Shown piece after piece: positions 32,025 through 41,598 of a DNA stretch of 64,000 nt. Where the stretch lies: positions 1-64,000 of the forward strand of contig JAEOTO010000011.1 in NCBI GenBank assembly GCA_016839805.1, written 5' to 3'. Every line of letters starts with the position of its first letter. The first letter of the stretch is position 1. Under the pieces are notes generated by a model. The model ran no database searches. It worked only from the letters and a program-made list of their open reading frames with translations, and had not been told where the DNA came from. The DNA comes from Candidatus Hermodarchaeota archaeon (lineage in GTDB: Archaea; Asgardarchaeota; Hermodarchaeia; Hermodarchaeales; Hermodarchaeaceae). A program made the translations under genes and the position numbers.

Positions 32025-35000
32025 GTGGCAGAAGATCAACCTCCAGAAGGAAAAACCATCACACTTCGTGTCAAGAAAGCCCACGAGCGCGATGCTGGGC
32101 GATTCATCGTTCGCATTGATTCTGCGACAATGGAAAAACTTAGTGTACAAACCGGTGATATTCTCGGAATAAAAGGACGGAAACAAACAGCCGGAATTGT
32201 ATGGCCCGCTTATCCACAGGATGAGGGACAGCGCATTATCCGAATGGACGGTCGAATGCGTCGGAATGCTGGTGTCAGCTTGGAAGAAACCCTTTCTATC
32301 TACCCAGTACAGGAACGACCCGGATTATCAGTTGTACTGGCACCGCTTGAGATGCGATTCCCTGTCAAAGATTTTGACGATTTTGTCAAACAAAAACTCC
32401 TTAATTGTCCCGTAGTCAAAGATGATACTGTACATGTTTCGATTCTGGGACGCCCTGTTCGTTTTATCGTTCGCCGTTCGCGTCCCACAGGTGTCGTTCT
32501 GATTGCGCTTAACACTCAATTATCCATTCTTAGTGAACCTCCCAAGGAACTAGAAATCGGTGTTCCCCATATCACCTATGAAGAAATCGGGGGGCTTAAC
32601 CACGAAATCCAACGAATTCGTGAAATGGTCGAGCTCCCTCTAAAACATCCTGAACTCTTCGCTCGATTAGGAATTACTCCACCTAAAGGGGTCCTCCTCT
32701 TTGGGCCACCAGGGTGTGGTAAAACACTCTTAGCACAAGCCGTAGCGAATGAATCGGAAGCGCACTTTATCTCAATTAATGGTCCTGAAATTATGAGTAA
32801 ATTCTATGGCGAATCCGAGAAACGGTTACGCTCAATTTTTGATGAAGCGGAGAAAAACGCTCCCAGTATCATTTTCATTGATGAACTCGATGCTATCGCG
32901 CCCAAACGCGAAGAAGTCATTGGTGAAGTCGAAAGGCGTGTAGTTGCTCAGCTCTTAGCAGTCATGGACGGCCTCCAAAAACGTGGACAAGTCATTGTGA
33001 TCGGAGCATCGAATCGTCCAAATGCTATCGATCCTGCGCTCAGGCGGCCAGGACGGTTTGATCGTGAAATCGAAATTCGTGTACCCGATAGAGAAGGACG
33101 GTACCAAATTATCAATATTCATTCTCGCGGAATGCCCCTCGAATCCGTGAAACCTGACAGTATCGCTGAAATCACCCATGGATTTGTCGGAGCTGACCTC
33201 GCCGCTCTGTGCCGTGAAGCAGCAATGAATGCTTTACGTCGCTACCTCCCCCGAATAAATCTCGAAGAAGACGAAATCCCACCCGAGGTTCTTGCTGACC
33301 TGCGGGTTACTAATGATGACTTTCTTGAAGCTCTTCGTGAAATCCAACCCACAGCCATGCGTGAGGTCACTATTGAAGTTCCGAATGTACGATGGAATGA
33401 TGTCGGCGGACTTGAAGAAATAAAACATAAATTACAGCAAGCCGTGGCATGGCCCTTACAGGATCCTGAGGCATTTACAAGGTTGGGTGTAGAGCCACCC
33501 CGCGGGGTTCTACTTTACGGACCCCCCGGTTGTGGAAAAACCCTATTAGCACGGGCCGTAGCAACAGAAAGTGAAGCCAACTTCATCAGCATCAAAGGAC
33601 CAGAGGTCCTTTGTATAGCCTCTGATACACCAATCATCAGTAGTCATTGTGGTCTCCGTTCAATTGCGGATTTATATGAGAAGATTAAACTGAATGGTAA
33701 TGTTCACAGAACTAAAAATTACGAGATTGTGACACCTTCAGAAATCATTGAAGTTCCAGCAATGGACGAAGAAGGAAAAATGATTACAACTCGTTTAAAA
33801 AGCGCTCATAAACTCTTTATAGAAGAGGCTTACAAACTTCGATTTTCAAATAACAGTACAATCGAAGTATCAGCTAACCAACCTTTCTATTCTTTTAGAA
33901 AAGAAGGCTTTCAATGGGTCAAAACTCAAGACTTGAAAGAGAATGATTGGGTTGCCATACCCTCTCTTATCCCAACTTTCAATCAAATTCTATCATTACA
34001 GATTCCGCCATATTCTCATCTACGTTTAATTCGCGAGGATGAAGAGGCATGGTACGTTCGAATATTTTCTACTCATTTTGAAACAAGATTGCCCAAGATT
34101 CTGTCAGCTGATCTTGCAGAATTTTTAGGGTGGTTCGTAGCCGAGGGGAATATCTCCAAAGCCACTGTAACTATATCCAATTCTCAGAAATGCAATCGTG
34201 AAAGAATACATAACTTGTTTGAACTTTTTGTATCAACAAAGCGGATTAAGAAAAACAAATACAGTCTTTTCGTATATTCATCACCTCTCGAAAAGTACTT
34301 AGAAACGATTTTTGAAATACCATTAAAAGCAAAATCGTACACGATACGTGTTCCTCCAATACTCTTCAAAGCACAACCTAGGCAAATCTCAGCCTTTCTG
34401 AGAGGTGCATGGAAGGGAGATGGATCTTTTCAGGACACTCGGATCGAATATAGTTCTGCAAGTAAAGAGTTAGCACAGGGTAACATCTATCTGTTATCAC
34501 TTTTGGGAGTGAAAGCGAAATATTGGAAGCGCAGTGATGGAATGCATATGGTGACAATCTCTGGTAAAAAAGAGATGATGAAATTTAGAAATTTGGTCTT
34601 TCATGAAAATCATGATGAGAAAGTTCGAAGGAACTATAATGCACGATATCCTCTTCCCAACGTATCTGAATTACTTAGAGAAACAAAAGAAAAATTGAAA
34701 CTCATTTATGGTAAACAATTACCTGACAAATTGTGTGAGCCAATAATAAGTGGACGGAAACGTTGTGGACTTATCAGACTACAAAGAATTATGAAGTTTA
34801 TTGAGGCTCATTCAACTGCAGAGTTCCGAGATACAAAAACGTATAAGACTCTCAAAAAACTCTCATCAGGGGAATTAGATTGGATTAAAATCAAATCTAA
34901 GATGCGTTCTACACCACAATGGATGTATGATATTGAAACAGAACATTCATCCTTCATTGGAGGTGACTTGCCCCTCTTACTTCATAATTCAAAATGGGTA

Positions 35001-35594
35001 GGTGAGTCAGAGAAGGCTATTCGTGAGACCTTCCGTCGTGCTCGCCATGCTGCACCTTCTATTATCTTCTTTGATGAAATTGATGCGATAGCCCCAGCCC
35101 GTGGGACCGGTGCTGGTGATTCCCACGTCACCGAGCGCGTGATAAGCCAATTTCTCACCGAAATTGACGGCATTCAATCTCTCAAGGATGTCGTTGTCTT
35201 AGCGGCTTCTAACCGACCGGATCTTCTTGATCCCGCCATGTTGCGTCCAGGACGTTTTGACCGGCATATTCTTGTCCCTGCCCCGGATGAAAAGGCGCGA
35301 AAACAAATCTTCGAAATATACACAAGAAGTATGCCGATAGCCAAGGATGTGGAGATCAGCGAATTAGTTCAGTTGTCAGAAAACTTTGCGGGAAGCGATA
35401 TTCAGGCTTGTTGCCGAGAAGCAGCATTAGCGGCCCTAGATGAAAATATGAAATCAACAAAGGTTAGCCGAAAGCACTTTCTTACTGCAATTGACGAAAT
35501 TAATCCCACAGTTACTCCTGACATGGAGAAGGCTTATCGGTCTTGGGGTAAAAAGGCTCGTCAAACACGACCTAGCACGACACCCTTTGCCTAA
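32025..35594 (+). CDS. cdc48: CDC48/VCP AAA+ ATPase with intein (730-aa extein)
   Basis: N domain plus two AAA modules (GPPGCGKT twice, IDELD/FDEID, RPGRFDR twice). Confidence 0.95.
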   Translation: MAEDQPPEGKTITLRVKKAHERDAGRFIVRIDSATMEKLSVQTGDILGIKGRKQTAGIVWPAYPQDEGQRIIRMDGRMRRNAGVSLEETLSIYPVQERPGLSVVLAPLEMRFPVKDFDDFVKQKLLNCPVVKDDTVHVSILGRPVRFIVRRSRPTGVVLIALNTQLSILSEPPKELEIGVPHITYEEIGGLNHEIQRIREMVELPLKHPELFARLGITPPKGVLLFGPPGCGKTLLAQAVANESEAHFISINGPEIMSKFYGESEKRLRSIFDEAEKNAPSIIFIDELDAIAPKREEVIGEVERRVVAQLLAVMDGLQKRGQVIVIGASNRPNAIDPALRRPGRFDREIEIRVPDREGRYQIINIHSRGMPLESVKPDSIAEITHGFVGADLAALCREAAMNALRRYLPRINLEEDEIPPEVLADLRVTNDDFLEALREIQPTAMREVTIEVPNVRWNDVGGLEEIKHKLQQAVAWPLQDPEAFTRLGVEPPRGVLLYGPPGCGKTLLARAVATESEANFISIKGPEVLCIASDTPIISSHCGLRSIADLYEKIKLNGNVHRTKNYEIVTPSEIIEVPAMDEEGKMITTRLKSAHKLFIEEAYKLRFSNNSTIEVSANQPFYSFRKEGFQWVKTQDLKENDWVAIPSLIPTFNQILSLQIPPYSHLRLIREDEEAWYVRIFSTHFETRLPKILSADLAEFLGWFVAEGNISKATVTISNSQKCNRERIHNLFELFVSTKRIKKNKYSLFVYSSPLEKYLETIFEIPLKAKSYTIRVPPILFKAQPRQISAFLRGAWKGDGSFQDTRIEYSSASKELAQGNIYLLSLLGVKAKYWKRSDGMHMVTISGKKEMMKFRNLVFHENHDEKVRRNYNARYPLPNVSELLRETKEKLKLIYGKQLPDKLCEPIISGRKRCGLIRLQRIMKFIEAHSTAEFRDTKTYKTLKKLSSGELDWIKIKSKMRSTPQWMYDIETEHSSFIGGDLPLLLHNSKWVGESEKAIRETFRRARHAAPSIIFFDEIDAIAPARGTGAGDSHVTERVISQFLTEIDGIQSLKDVVVLAASNRPDLLDPAMLRPGRFDRHILVPAPDEKARKQIFEIYTRSMPIAKDVEISELVQLSENFAGSDIQACCREAALAALDENMKSTKVSRKHFLTAIDEINPTVTPDMEKAYRSWGKKARQTRPSTTPFA
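33612..34988 (+). mobile_element. 459-aa intein with LAGLIDADG endonuclease in CDC48 D2
   Basis: [11 protein letters not shown]...[13 protein letters not shown]; LGWFVAEG and LRGAWKGDG motifs. Confidence 0.93.
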
Positions 35595-35628
35595 GATATT
35601 CACTCACATTCTTTCGTAGAACTTGAAG

Positions 35629-35889
35629 TTAGTCTTCGGCGATGGCTAGATAACGTCGTTCACCAAGGAGCTCAATTTTACGTTTAGTCTTAGTAATTTG
35701 TTGAACATGAATTTGTCCTCCAATTTCAAGCTCTAATAGGGCTTGATTTAATTCTGAAGCTGTCACGGTGACGCGATTCGCTTTTAGCAGTCGGATAAGC
35801 TCCTTATCAAGGACAACGCCCTGACGCTTATCAAGAATGGCTAGAATAGTATTTCGGAGGGGAATTGTTCTCCAACTCAAAATGTTCAA
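35629..35889 (-). CDS. Small winged-helix protein
   Basis: ELNQALLELEIGGQIHV wHTH-like pattern. Confidence 0.6.
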   Translation of the reverse strand: MNILSWRTIPLRNTILAILDKRQGVVLDKELIRLLKANRVTVTASELNQALLELEIGGQIHVQQITKTKRKIELLGERRYLAIAED

Positions 35890-36073
35890 CCTCGTTTCAA
35901 TAACTGAAAACAGTCATTTATAGGATAAAGATTAACAATACTGAAAGGATGTCAGGTGAAAACAGGTTTGATGGTTCTTTAAAGTTTCTCCTTCGATGGA
36001 AACCACGAGAAGAGATATAACTTTAAGGATAATAATGTGAAACTCTAACCAAGAGCAAGTGGCGGATGTTACA

Positions 36074-36418
36074 ATGTCTGCAGATACCTTTGTCAGAACT
36101 CCAGCAATCTTCACTGACATCGGTACAATTACCTCAGAATACGCAGGTCGACGCTTTCGAATAATGGGCTTCGTGGTGGACCGTCGGGAACAATCGGAGT
36201 TCACAATCAGTGATGATACTGGTCGAATTACAGTTATTACTGAACAACCCCCTCCGCTCCAATCCTTCGTAAGGGTTTTTGGGTCCATTGCAGTGTCTGA
36301 AGAAGGTCAACCGCTCTTTCGAGCTGAAATCATCCAGGACATGACTGCTCTTGATAAACAGCTTTATATCAAAGCAAAGAAAATATTTGACGCCCCACTC
36401 AGCGGGAGGAGTTCCTAG
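36074..36418 (+). CDS. Single OB-fold protein, RPA14/RPA3-like
   Basis: RIMGFVV, ISDDTGRI, VRVFG, AEIIQD..ALD..LY; leads the PCNA-primase-GINS operon. Confidence 0.65.
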   Translation: MSADTFVRTPAIFTDIGTITSEYAGRRFRIMGFVVDRREQSEFTISDDTGRITVITEQPPPLQSFVRVFGSIAVSEEGQPLFRAEIIQDMTALDKQLYIKAKKIFDAPLSGRSS

Positions 36419-37174
36419 TTGTTTGTTGCTAAATTCGATGATGCAAAAACCTGGCAGGCACTTATTGGCGCAATCTCAGCCCTTGTGGATGAAGCAAACT
36501 TTGAAGTCTCACCTCAAGGGATGACGCTTCGCGCCATGGATCCCTCACGAATTGCTATGGTCGATTTTGAGCTTCCCAAAAGCGCCTTTAGTAACTTCGA
36601 ATGCGATGAAGAAGCTCGCATTGGTGTTAATATGGACGAAATGGAAAAAATCGTTAAACGTGCGGGATCCGGTAATAGTCTAGCCCTCGGGCTTAATCGC
36701 GAGAAAAATCAATTAGCGATTACCCTCGAAGGACGGACTCGCCGAAGCTTCAACATTTCCCTAATCGACTTAGGGGCTGATCGTCCCCCCTCATTGAATG
36801 TTGACTTTGACGTGAATATCAAAATCACAGCTGATACACTCAAAGAAATAATTCAAGATGCTGATATCATTAGTGATTTCATCACTATAGATGCAGCCCC
36901 TGAAACGCTGACCATTTCTGCTCGAGGCGATACAGGGAATTTGAAGGTTGCCATTGGAAAAGATGAAGAAGCGCTCCTAGAATACACGGTGAAACAACCG
37001 GCCAAATCGCTTTACGCATTAGAGTACTTGAACGATATGATGAAAGCTGTTGCTGCATCCGATACTGTTCAAATGGAGTTCGGAAAGGGTACTCCAATCA
37101 AATTATTCTTTGCTGTCAGCAGTGGAGGTCATATCACATACTTCCTTGCACCCCGCGTTGAGGATGATTTCTAG
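36419..37174 (+). CDS. pcn: PCNA sliding clamp
   Basis: LRAMDPSRIAMV, Y.LEYL, YFLAPR. Confidence 0.96.
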   Translation: MFVAKFDDAKTWQALIGAISALVDEANFEVSPQGMTLRAMDPSRIAMVDFELPKSAFSNFECDEEARIGVNMDEMEKIVKRAGSGNSLALGLNREKNQLAITLEGRTRRSFNISLIDLGADRPPSLNVDFDVNIKITADTLKEIIQDADIISDFITIDAAPETLTISARGDTGNLKVAIGKDEEALLEYTVKQPAKSLYALEYLNDMMKAVAASDTVQMEFGKGTPIKLFFAVSSGGHITYFLAPRVEDDF

Positions 37175-37210
37175 CAAGATTGCTCTGATCCCCATCTTTA
37201 GGAATAAAAA

Positions 37211-38245
37211 ATGCAAGAGGATATCTCGATATACGAAGCTGCCAAATATCCTTGGTCAGTAATGGCTCGGTCTTTGCTCAAAGACTTGGATGTTACGCTT
37301 AGCGAAGCAGATAAGAATCCAAAAATTCTTCAGCGCACGTCTCAACGGTTATTAGGTGCATTAGATTCAAAATCCTTGGTTGAGCTAGAGATTTTAGATA
37401 GTAATCCATATGTTGAACTAACTAGTTTTTTTGTAGCAAAAGCACTGGTTGACGGAATTGGAAGTATGTTTCTGCGGCGACGCTGGGCAACAGCTGAAGC
37501 CAAACGCGCAGAATACAATCTCATCAAAGAAACCGAAGCTAAACTTGCTCACATTGGACAGGTAGAGTTCAAATGGCAAGTTGAGAACCTAACATCACGA
37601 TTCGCGGGGCGAACCTTTACACATCGGCTATATTTTGCCAATTATCTTGCGGCTTCAGCTGGCTTTCACGAACGTGAATGGAAACTAGTTAACAAACGCT
37701 TAAGTGATGGGTACGTTTTGCTTAGAAAAAGTGAAACTGCTCGCGTGATACGAGCTGCAGTAGAAAAAATGCTGGTCCGTGATATCAAAAAAATAACTAC
37801 TGATTTTCCATCCAATATCAAAGAAGTTTACAATACAGTTGATGAGGTTGTTCGTAAACGGACGGATCGGATACGCCAGGAAATCCAAGGTGAAATTGTA
37901 CCGGAAGCTTTTCCTCCCTGCATGCAAGCTCTCCTTGCTGATATGAGGGAGGGTAAACCTCTCTCCCATATTGCACGCTTTGCTATTACGGCTTTCCTCC
38001 TTAACGTTGGTATGGACGTTGATGCAATCCTTGAGCTTTTTATGAAAACCCCTGACTTTCGTGATGATCTTGCACGCTATCAGATAGAGCATATCGCAGG
38101 TAAAAGAGGTAGTACTGCATATACCCCGCCAAGTTGTGCTTACATGGTATCAGTACGGCTTTGTGTAGACCCCGAAAAAGTCAATATCCGCCGTCACCCC
38201 CTCGCCTACTATCGTCAAAGGAGGAAATGGCAATCAAAACCTTAG
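37211..38245 (+). CDS. priL: DNA primase large subunit
   Basis: FPPCM, H.ARF....FL, YQIEHIAG, YTPPSC. Confidence 0.92.
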   Translation: MQEDISIYEAAKYPWSVMARSLLKDLDVTLSEADKNPKILQRTSQRLLGALDSKSLVELEILDSNPYVELTSFFVAKALVDGIGSMFLRRRWATAEAKRAEYNLIKETEAKLAHIGQVEFKWQVENLTSRFAGRTFTHRLYFANYLAASAGFHEREWKLVNKRLSDGYVLLRKSETARVIRAAVEKMLVRDIKKITTDFPSNIKEVYNTVDEVVRKRTDRIRQEIQGEIVPEAFPPCMQALLADMREGKPLSHIARFAITAFLLNVGMDVDAILELFMKTPDFRDDLARYQIEHIAGKRGSTAYTPPSCAYMVSVRLCVDPEKVNIRRHPLAYYRQRRKWQSKP

Positions 38246-39462
38246 AGTTTCTCATTAAACAATTTTCGAACTATTATCGTAATAATGGGAATGCCATAAC
38301 TCTGCCTCCACAATTTGAACAACGTGAATTTGCCTTCTTTTGGTTTTCCAGGGAGGGTGCACTACGTCATACCAGCTTTGCAAGCACCGAGGAACTAATT
38401 CATTTTCTTAGCCAAGAAGGTCCTGCTCATACTTTTTATTCTGCAGCATATTACAAGACTCCTGATGCCCCCCAAATGCCTCTGAAGGGCTGGCAGGGTG
38501 CTGATTTAATATTTGATATAGATGCAGACCATTTTGATCTACCATGTCAAAGGCGACATGATGTCTGGTGGTGTCTTGATTGTGGTCACCGCGAGCATGG
38601 GCATCGACCTGATCAATGTACAGAATGTAATGGTAATCAATTACGAGAGCTCAAGTGGATGTGCGAAGAGTGTCTTGGAAAAGCCAAAGAAGAATCCATT
38701 AAGATAATTCAAAACTTCCTTCTGCCCGATTTTGGCATTTCTCAATCTGATATCATGATTGTGTTTTCAGGACATCGTGGCTATCATATTCATTGCTTTA
38801 CACCTCAGCTCCATGGTCTTGGCTCTCACGAAAGACGAGAAATTGTTGATTACATTTCAGGTACTGGAATTGATTTTCGCCATCAGGGATTTGGTGATAC
38901 TGCATATGGCGTTCCCAAAGGACCAGATATGCGCACTCCAGGGTGGGAACGGAAAATCGCCCTTGGCATTCGTACCCTTTTTAAAAATCCACAGGAGCTA
39001 AACCAAATTCCTGGTCTCCGAGTTAATCAAAGCCGAATCCTGCAAAGGGAAGCCGAGTCTATTCACCAATCTCTGTCTGAACAACCTGCCCGTTATATGA
39101 CGCCAAAAGGCGTTGGACGCAAGGCCTGGTATACCATTACCCAATATGTCATCGAATCTATTGGTGCACTAGTGGATGAGCCAGTTACTACGGATATTCA
39201 TCGATTAATTCGTCTTCCCGGGTCCCTGAATGGAAAAACTGGATTTCTCGTAAAACGACTAGATCCTACGTCTTTAGAGGAGTTTGATCCCTTCCAATAT
39301 ACCCAAGTTTTTACTGGAAAGGTTACTGTAGAAATTAAGGACGCGCCTGCTTTTACACTGAGTGGCGTTCATTATCCTCCAATGCGCGAGATTAAAAAGG
39401 AGCTTCCACTCTCCGCAGCAATGCTCCTAATGTGTAAGGGAGTCGCGGAACTCGTGAAATAA
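38227..39462 (+). CDS. priS: DNA primase small subunit with zinc-ribbon insertion
   Basis: REFAF, DLIFDIDAD, FSGHRGYH, D..VT.D..RLIRLPGSL. Confidence 0.93.
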   Translation: MAIKTLEFLIKQFSNYYRNNGNAITLPPQFEQREFAFFWFSREGALRHTSFASTEELIHFLSQEGPAHTFYSAAYYKTPDAPQMPLKGWQGADLIFDIDADHFDLPCQRRHDVWWCLDCGHREHGHRPDQCTECNGNQLRELKWMCEECLGKAKEESIKIIQNFLLPDFGISQSDIMIVFSGHRGYHIHCFTPQLHGLGSHERREIVDYISGTGIDFRHQGFGDTAYGVPKGPDMRTPGWERKIALGIRTLFKNPQELNQIPGLRVNQSRILQREAESIHQSLSEQPARYMTPKGVGRKAWYTITQYVIESIGALVDEPVTTDIHRLIRLPGSLNGKTGFLVKRLDPTSLEEFDPFQYTQVFTGKVTVEIKDAPAFTLSGVHYPPMREIKKELPLSAAMLLMCKGVAELVK

Positions 39463-39477
39463 TGGAGGACCCGAATT

Positions 39478-40035
39478 ATGTATACTGCCCTCCTTGAACG
39501 ATGGCAAGCTGAACGAGATGCACTTGACCTGCTCCCATTACGTGATTCCTTCCTCCAAAATTTACGCGAATACATAGAACAGGTTCTCGAACGAACACAA
39601 TCCGAGGAGCTCACTGCCCTACAACGTCAGTTGTTAGAAACAGAGTTAACCAACCTTCAGTTTATGATGAAAAGTCTACTTCAGATGCGAGTGAAAAAAA
39701 TTCTGACACACCTTTTTGACCAAGAAATCGATTATGACCTTCTAACCCGTACTGAACGACGATTTGCAGATCAAATCTCGCGAAACCTCCGGTCTGTGCT
39801 TCTCCCCGTAAATGATTTATTCACACCCTTAGAAGAAGAAGGAGGCTCCTCACGATTATTACTCGTACGGTTTCTTGAAGACCACCCTCAGTTAATTGGA
39901 GTAGATTTAAAAACCTATGGACCATTCAGAGCGGATGACCTAGCGACGCTTCCCGCTGAAAACGCTCGGCTCATTATCCGGAAAAATCAAGCAGAACCGG
40001 TCTCAATAGGTGAGATTCATCGTGAAAGCCCCTAA
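39478..40035 (+). CDS. GINS subunit (Gins51-type)
   Basis: Helical A domain (RVKKI) plus B domain VRFL...GVDLKTYGPF..DD...LP..NA. Confidence 0.85.
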   Translation: MYTALLERWQAERDALDLLPLRDSFLQNLREYIEQVLERTQSEELTALQRQLLETELTNLQFMMKSLLQMRVKKILTHLFDQEIDYDLLTRTERRFADQISRNLRSVLLPVNDLFTPLEEEGGSSRLLLVRFLEDHPQLIGVDLKTYGPFRADDLATLPAENARLIIRKNQAEPVSIGEIHRESP

Positions 40036-40297
40036 AATCATGAAAACATACTGTGCACGGTGCAAAATGCACAAAGAACACGCCGTGAGTTTATACAAGA
40101 AAGGTCGTGAACGTGCACTATCAGCCGGACGGCGTCGATATACCCGAAAAGAATCTGGTTATGGCTCACAACCCAAACCCATCCAAAAACGATTCGCAAA
40201 AGTCACAAAGAAACAATCGTTGCGCTTAAAGTGCAACGAATGCGGGCACGTCACCGTAAGAGAAGGTATACGACTAAAAAAGATCGAAGTTGTCTAG
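40022..40297 (+). CDS. rpl44e: Ribosomal protein eL42 (L44e)
   Basis: TYC..C..H, GYGSQPKP, KVTKK..L.L.C..CG. Confidence 0.95.
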   Translation: MKAPKIMKTYCARCKMHKEHAVSLYKKGRERALSAGRRRYTRKESGYGSQPKPIQKRFAKVTKKQSLRLKCNECGHVTVREGIRLKKIEVV

Positions 40298-40315
40298 TTC
40301 TGGAGTGAAGATAGA

Positions 40316-40513
40316 TTGCCTAAGCAAAAGAAATCCATTTCTGAGCCACGGTCTCGTTTTCTTCTCGTCAAATGCAAGGAATGTGAGCACGAACAGGTAG
40401 TCTTTGGCTCAGCAACACAAAAAGTGGCCTGTGAGGTGTGTGGTAAGCCACTCACTGAGCCCACAGGTGGAAAAGCGAAAATTCTTGGAGAGGTCCTCCA
40501 AGAACTAAGCTAG
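40316..40513 (+). CDS. rps27e: Ribosomal protein eS27
   Basis: PRSRFL.VKC.EC..EQ.VF...C..CG..L..PTGGKA. Confidence 0.95.
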   Translation: MPKQKKSISEPRSRFLLVKCKECEHEQVVFGSATQKVACEVCGKPLTEPTGGKAKILGEVLQELS

Positions 40514-40555
40514 CTTCCCAAAACCTTCCCATTATCCAACTAAAAGGTGATTTCG

Positions 40556-41365
40556 ATGGCAAGAAAAGAAAAGACCTCCTTAACCTCTGAAGTGAAACTT
40601 CCCGAAGTCGGAGAACTAGTTATCGGAACAGTCCAACGGATAACCTCACACGGTGCTTATGCTACTATGGACGAATACGCTAATCAGGAATGCTTCATTC
40701 ACATATCTGAAATTGCCTCAACATGGGTTCGAAATATACGAAATTTCGTACGCGAAAATCAAAAGATAGTAGTGAAAGTGCTTCGAGTCGACGCACAGCG
40801 CCATCAAGTTGACACCTCCAAACGACGGGTAACGAAAGAACAGGGACGCATGAAAATTCAAGAGTGGAAACGTGCACAACGAGGCAGTAAATTACTAGCA
40901 TTTGCTGCCGAACGAATGAAAAAGACTCCTGAGGACGCCTATACAATTGTTGGAAAACCCATGGAAGAAAACTTCTCTGATATTCTCGAAGGGCTAGAAG
41001 AAACAAAGGAGAAGGGACCCAAGGTCCTTACCGATATTGGGATACCCAAAAAATGGGCGGAACTATTACATGAGCTAGCACAAGCCCACGTTATTGTTCG
41101 AGAAGTCAACGTCGAAACCACCCTTGAACTCACTTGTCGTGGACCCGAAGGTGTGGAAGGGATTCGCAAAGCTCTTCTGGCTGCTCAAGAAATTGTTTCA
41201 GCATCTGGGGGGGAAGTGTTCCTTGAGGGTGCTCCACGGTATCGTATTCGGGTTAGCGGAAAAGACTACAAAGAAGCCGAACAGCTCCTGGATACTGCTG
41301 TGAGTTCGAGTTTGAAGGTCATCGAAGCCTGTGGTGGAGAAGGAAAAATAACCGAACGTTCATGA
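40556..41365 (+). CDS. eif2a: Translation initiation factor 2 alpha
   Basis: LPEVGELV, IHISEIA..WVRNIR, GAPRYR. Confidence 0.95.
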   Translation: MARKEKTSLTSEVKLPEVGELVIGTVQRITSHGAYATMDEYANQECFIHISEIASTWVRNIRNFVRENQKIVVKVLRVDAQRHQVDTSKRRVTKEQGRMKIQEWKRAQRGSKLLAFAAERMKKTPEDAYTIVGKPMEENFSDILEGLEETKEKGPKVLTDIGIPKKWAELLHELAQAHVIVREVNVETTLELTCRGPEGVEGIRKALLAAQEIVSASGGEVFLEGAPRYRIRVSGKDYKEAEQLLDTAVSSSLKVIEACGGEGKITERS

Positions 41366-41388
41366 TGTTCTGAATAAAACTGGGCAGG

Positions 41389-41598
41389 GTGCAGATACTG
41401 ACTAAACTCCTGAAAAAGTGCCGTCAGTGCAATACTTACACAATGAATACCCAGCAATGCCCAGATTGCCATGGGGGCGTTAAAAATGCGCACCCAGCAC
41501 GTTTTTCAATTGAAGACCGTTATGGCTCGTACCGTCGTGCGATGAAGAAAGAACTACTCTCAAAAAAGACTACAAGAAAGAGTAAAGGTGGACCATAA
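41389..41598 (+). CDS. nop10: H/ACA RNP protein Nop10
   Basis: KC..C.TYT...CP.C.G....AHP.RFS.ED.YG.YR. Confidence 0.92.
   Translation: MQILTKLLKKCRQCNTYTMNTQQCPDCHGGVKNAHPARFSIEDRYGSYRRAMKKELLSKKTTRKSKGGP

Noticed and set aside
35890-36073. Replication origin (ORB-like TTCGATGGAAAC) upstream of the PCNA operon
   Set aside because: Single weak match, no G-string, no cdc6 nearby, short intergenic region with divergent promoters
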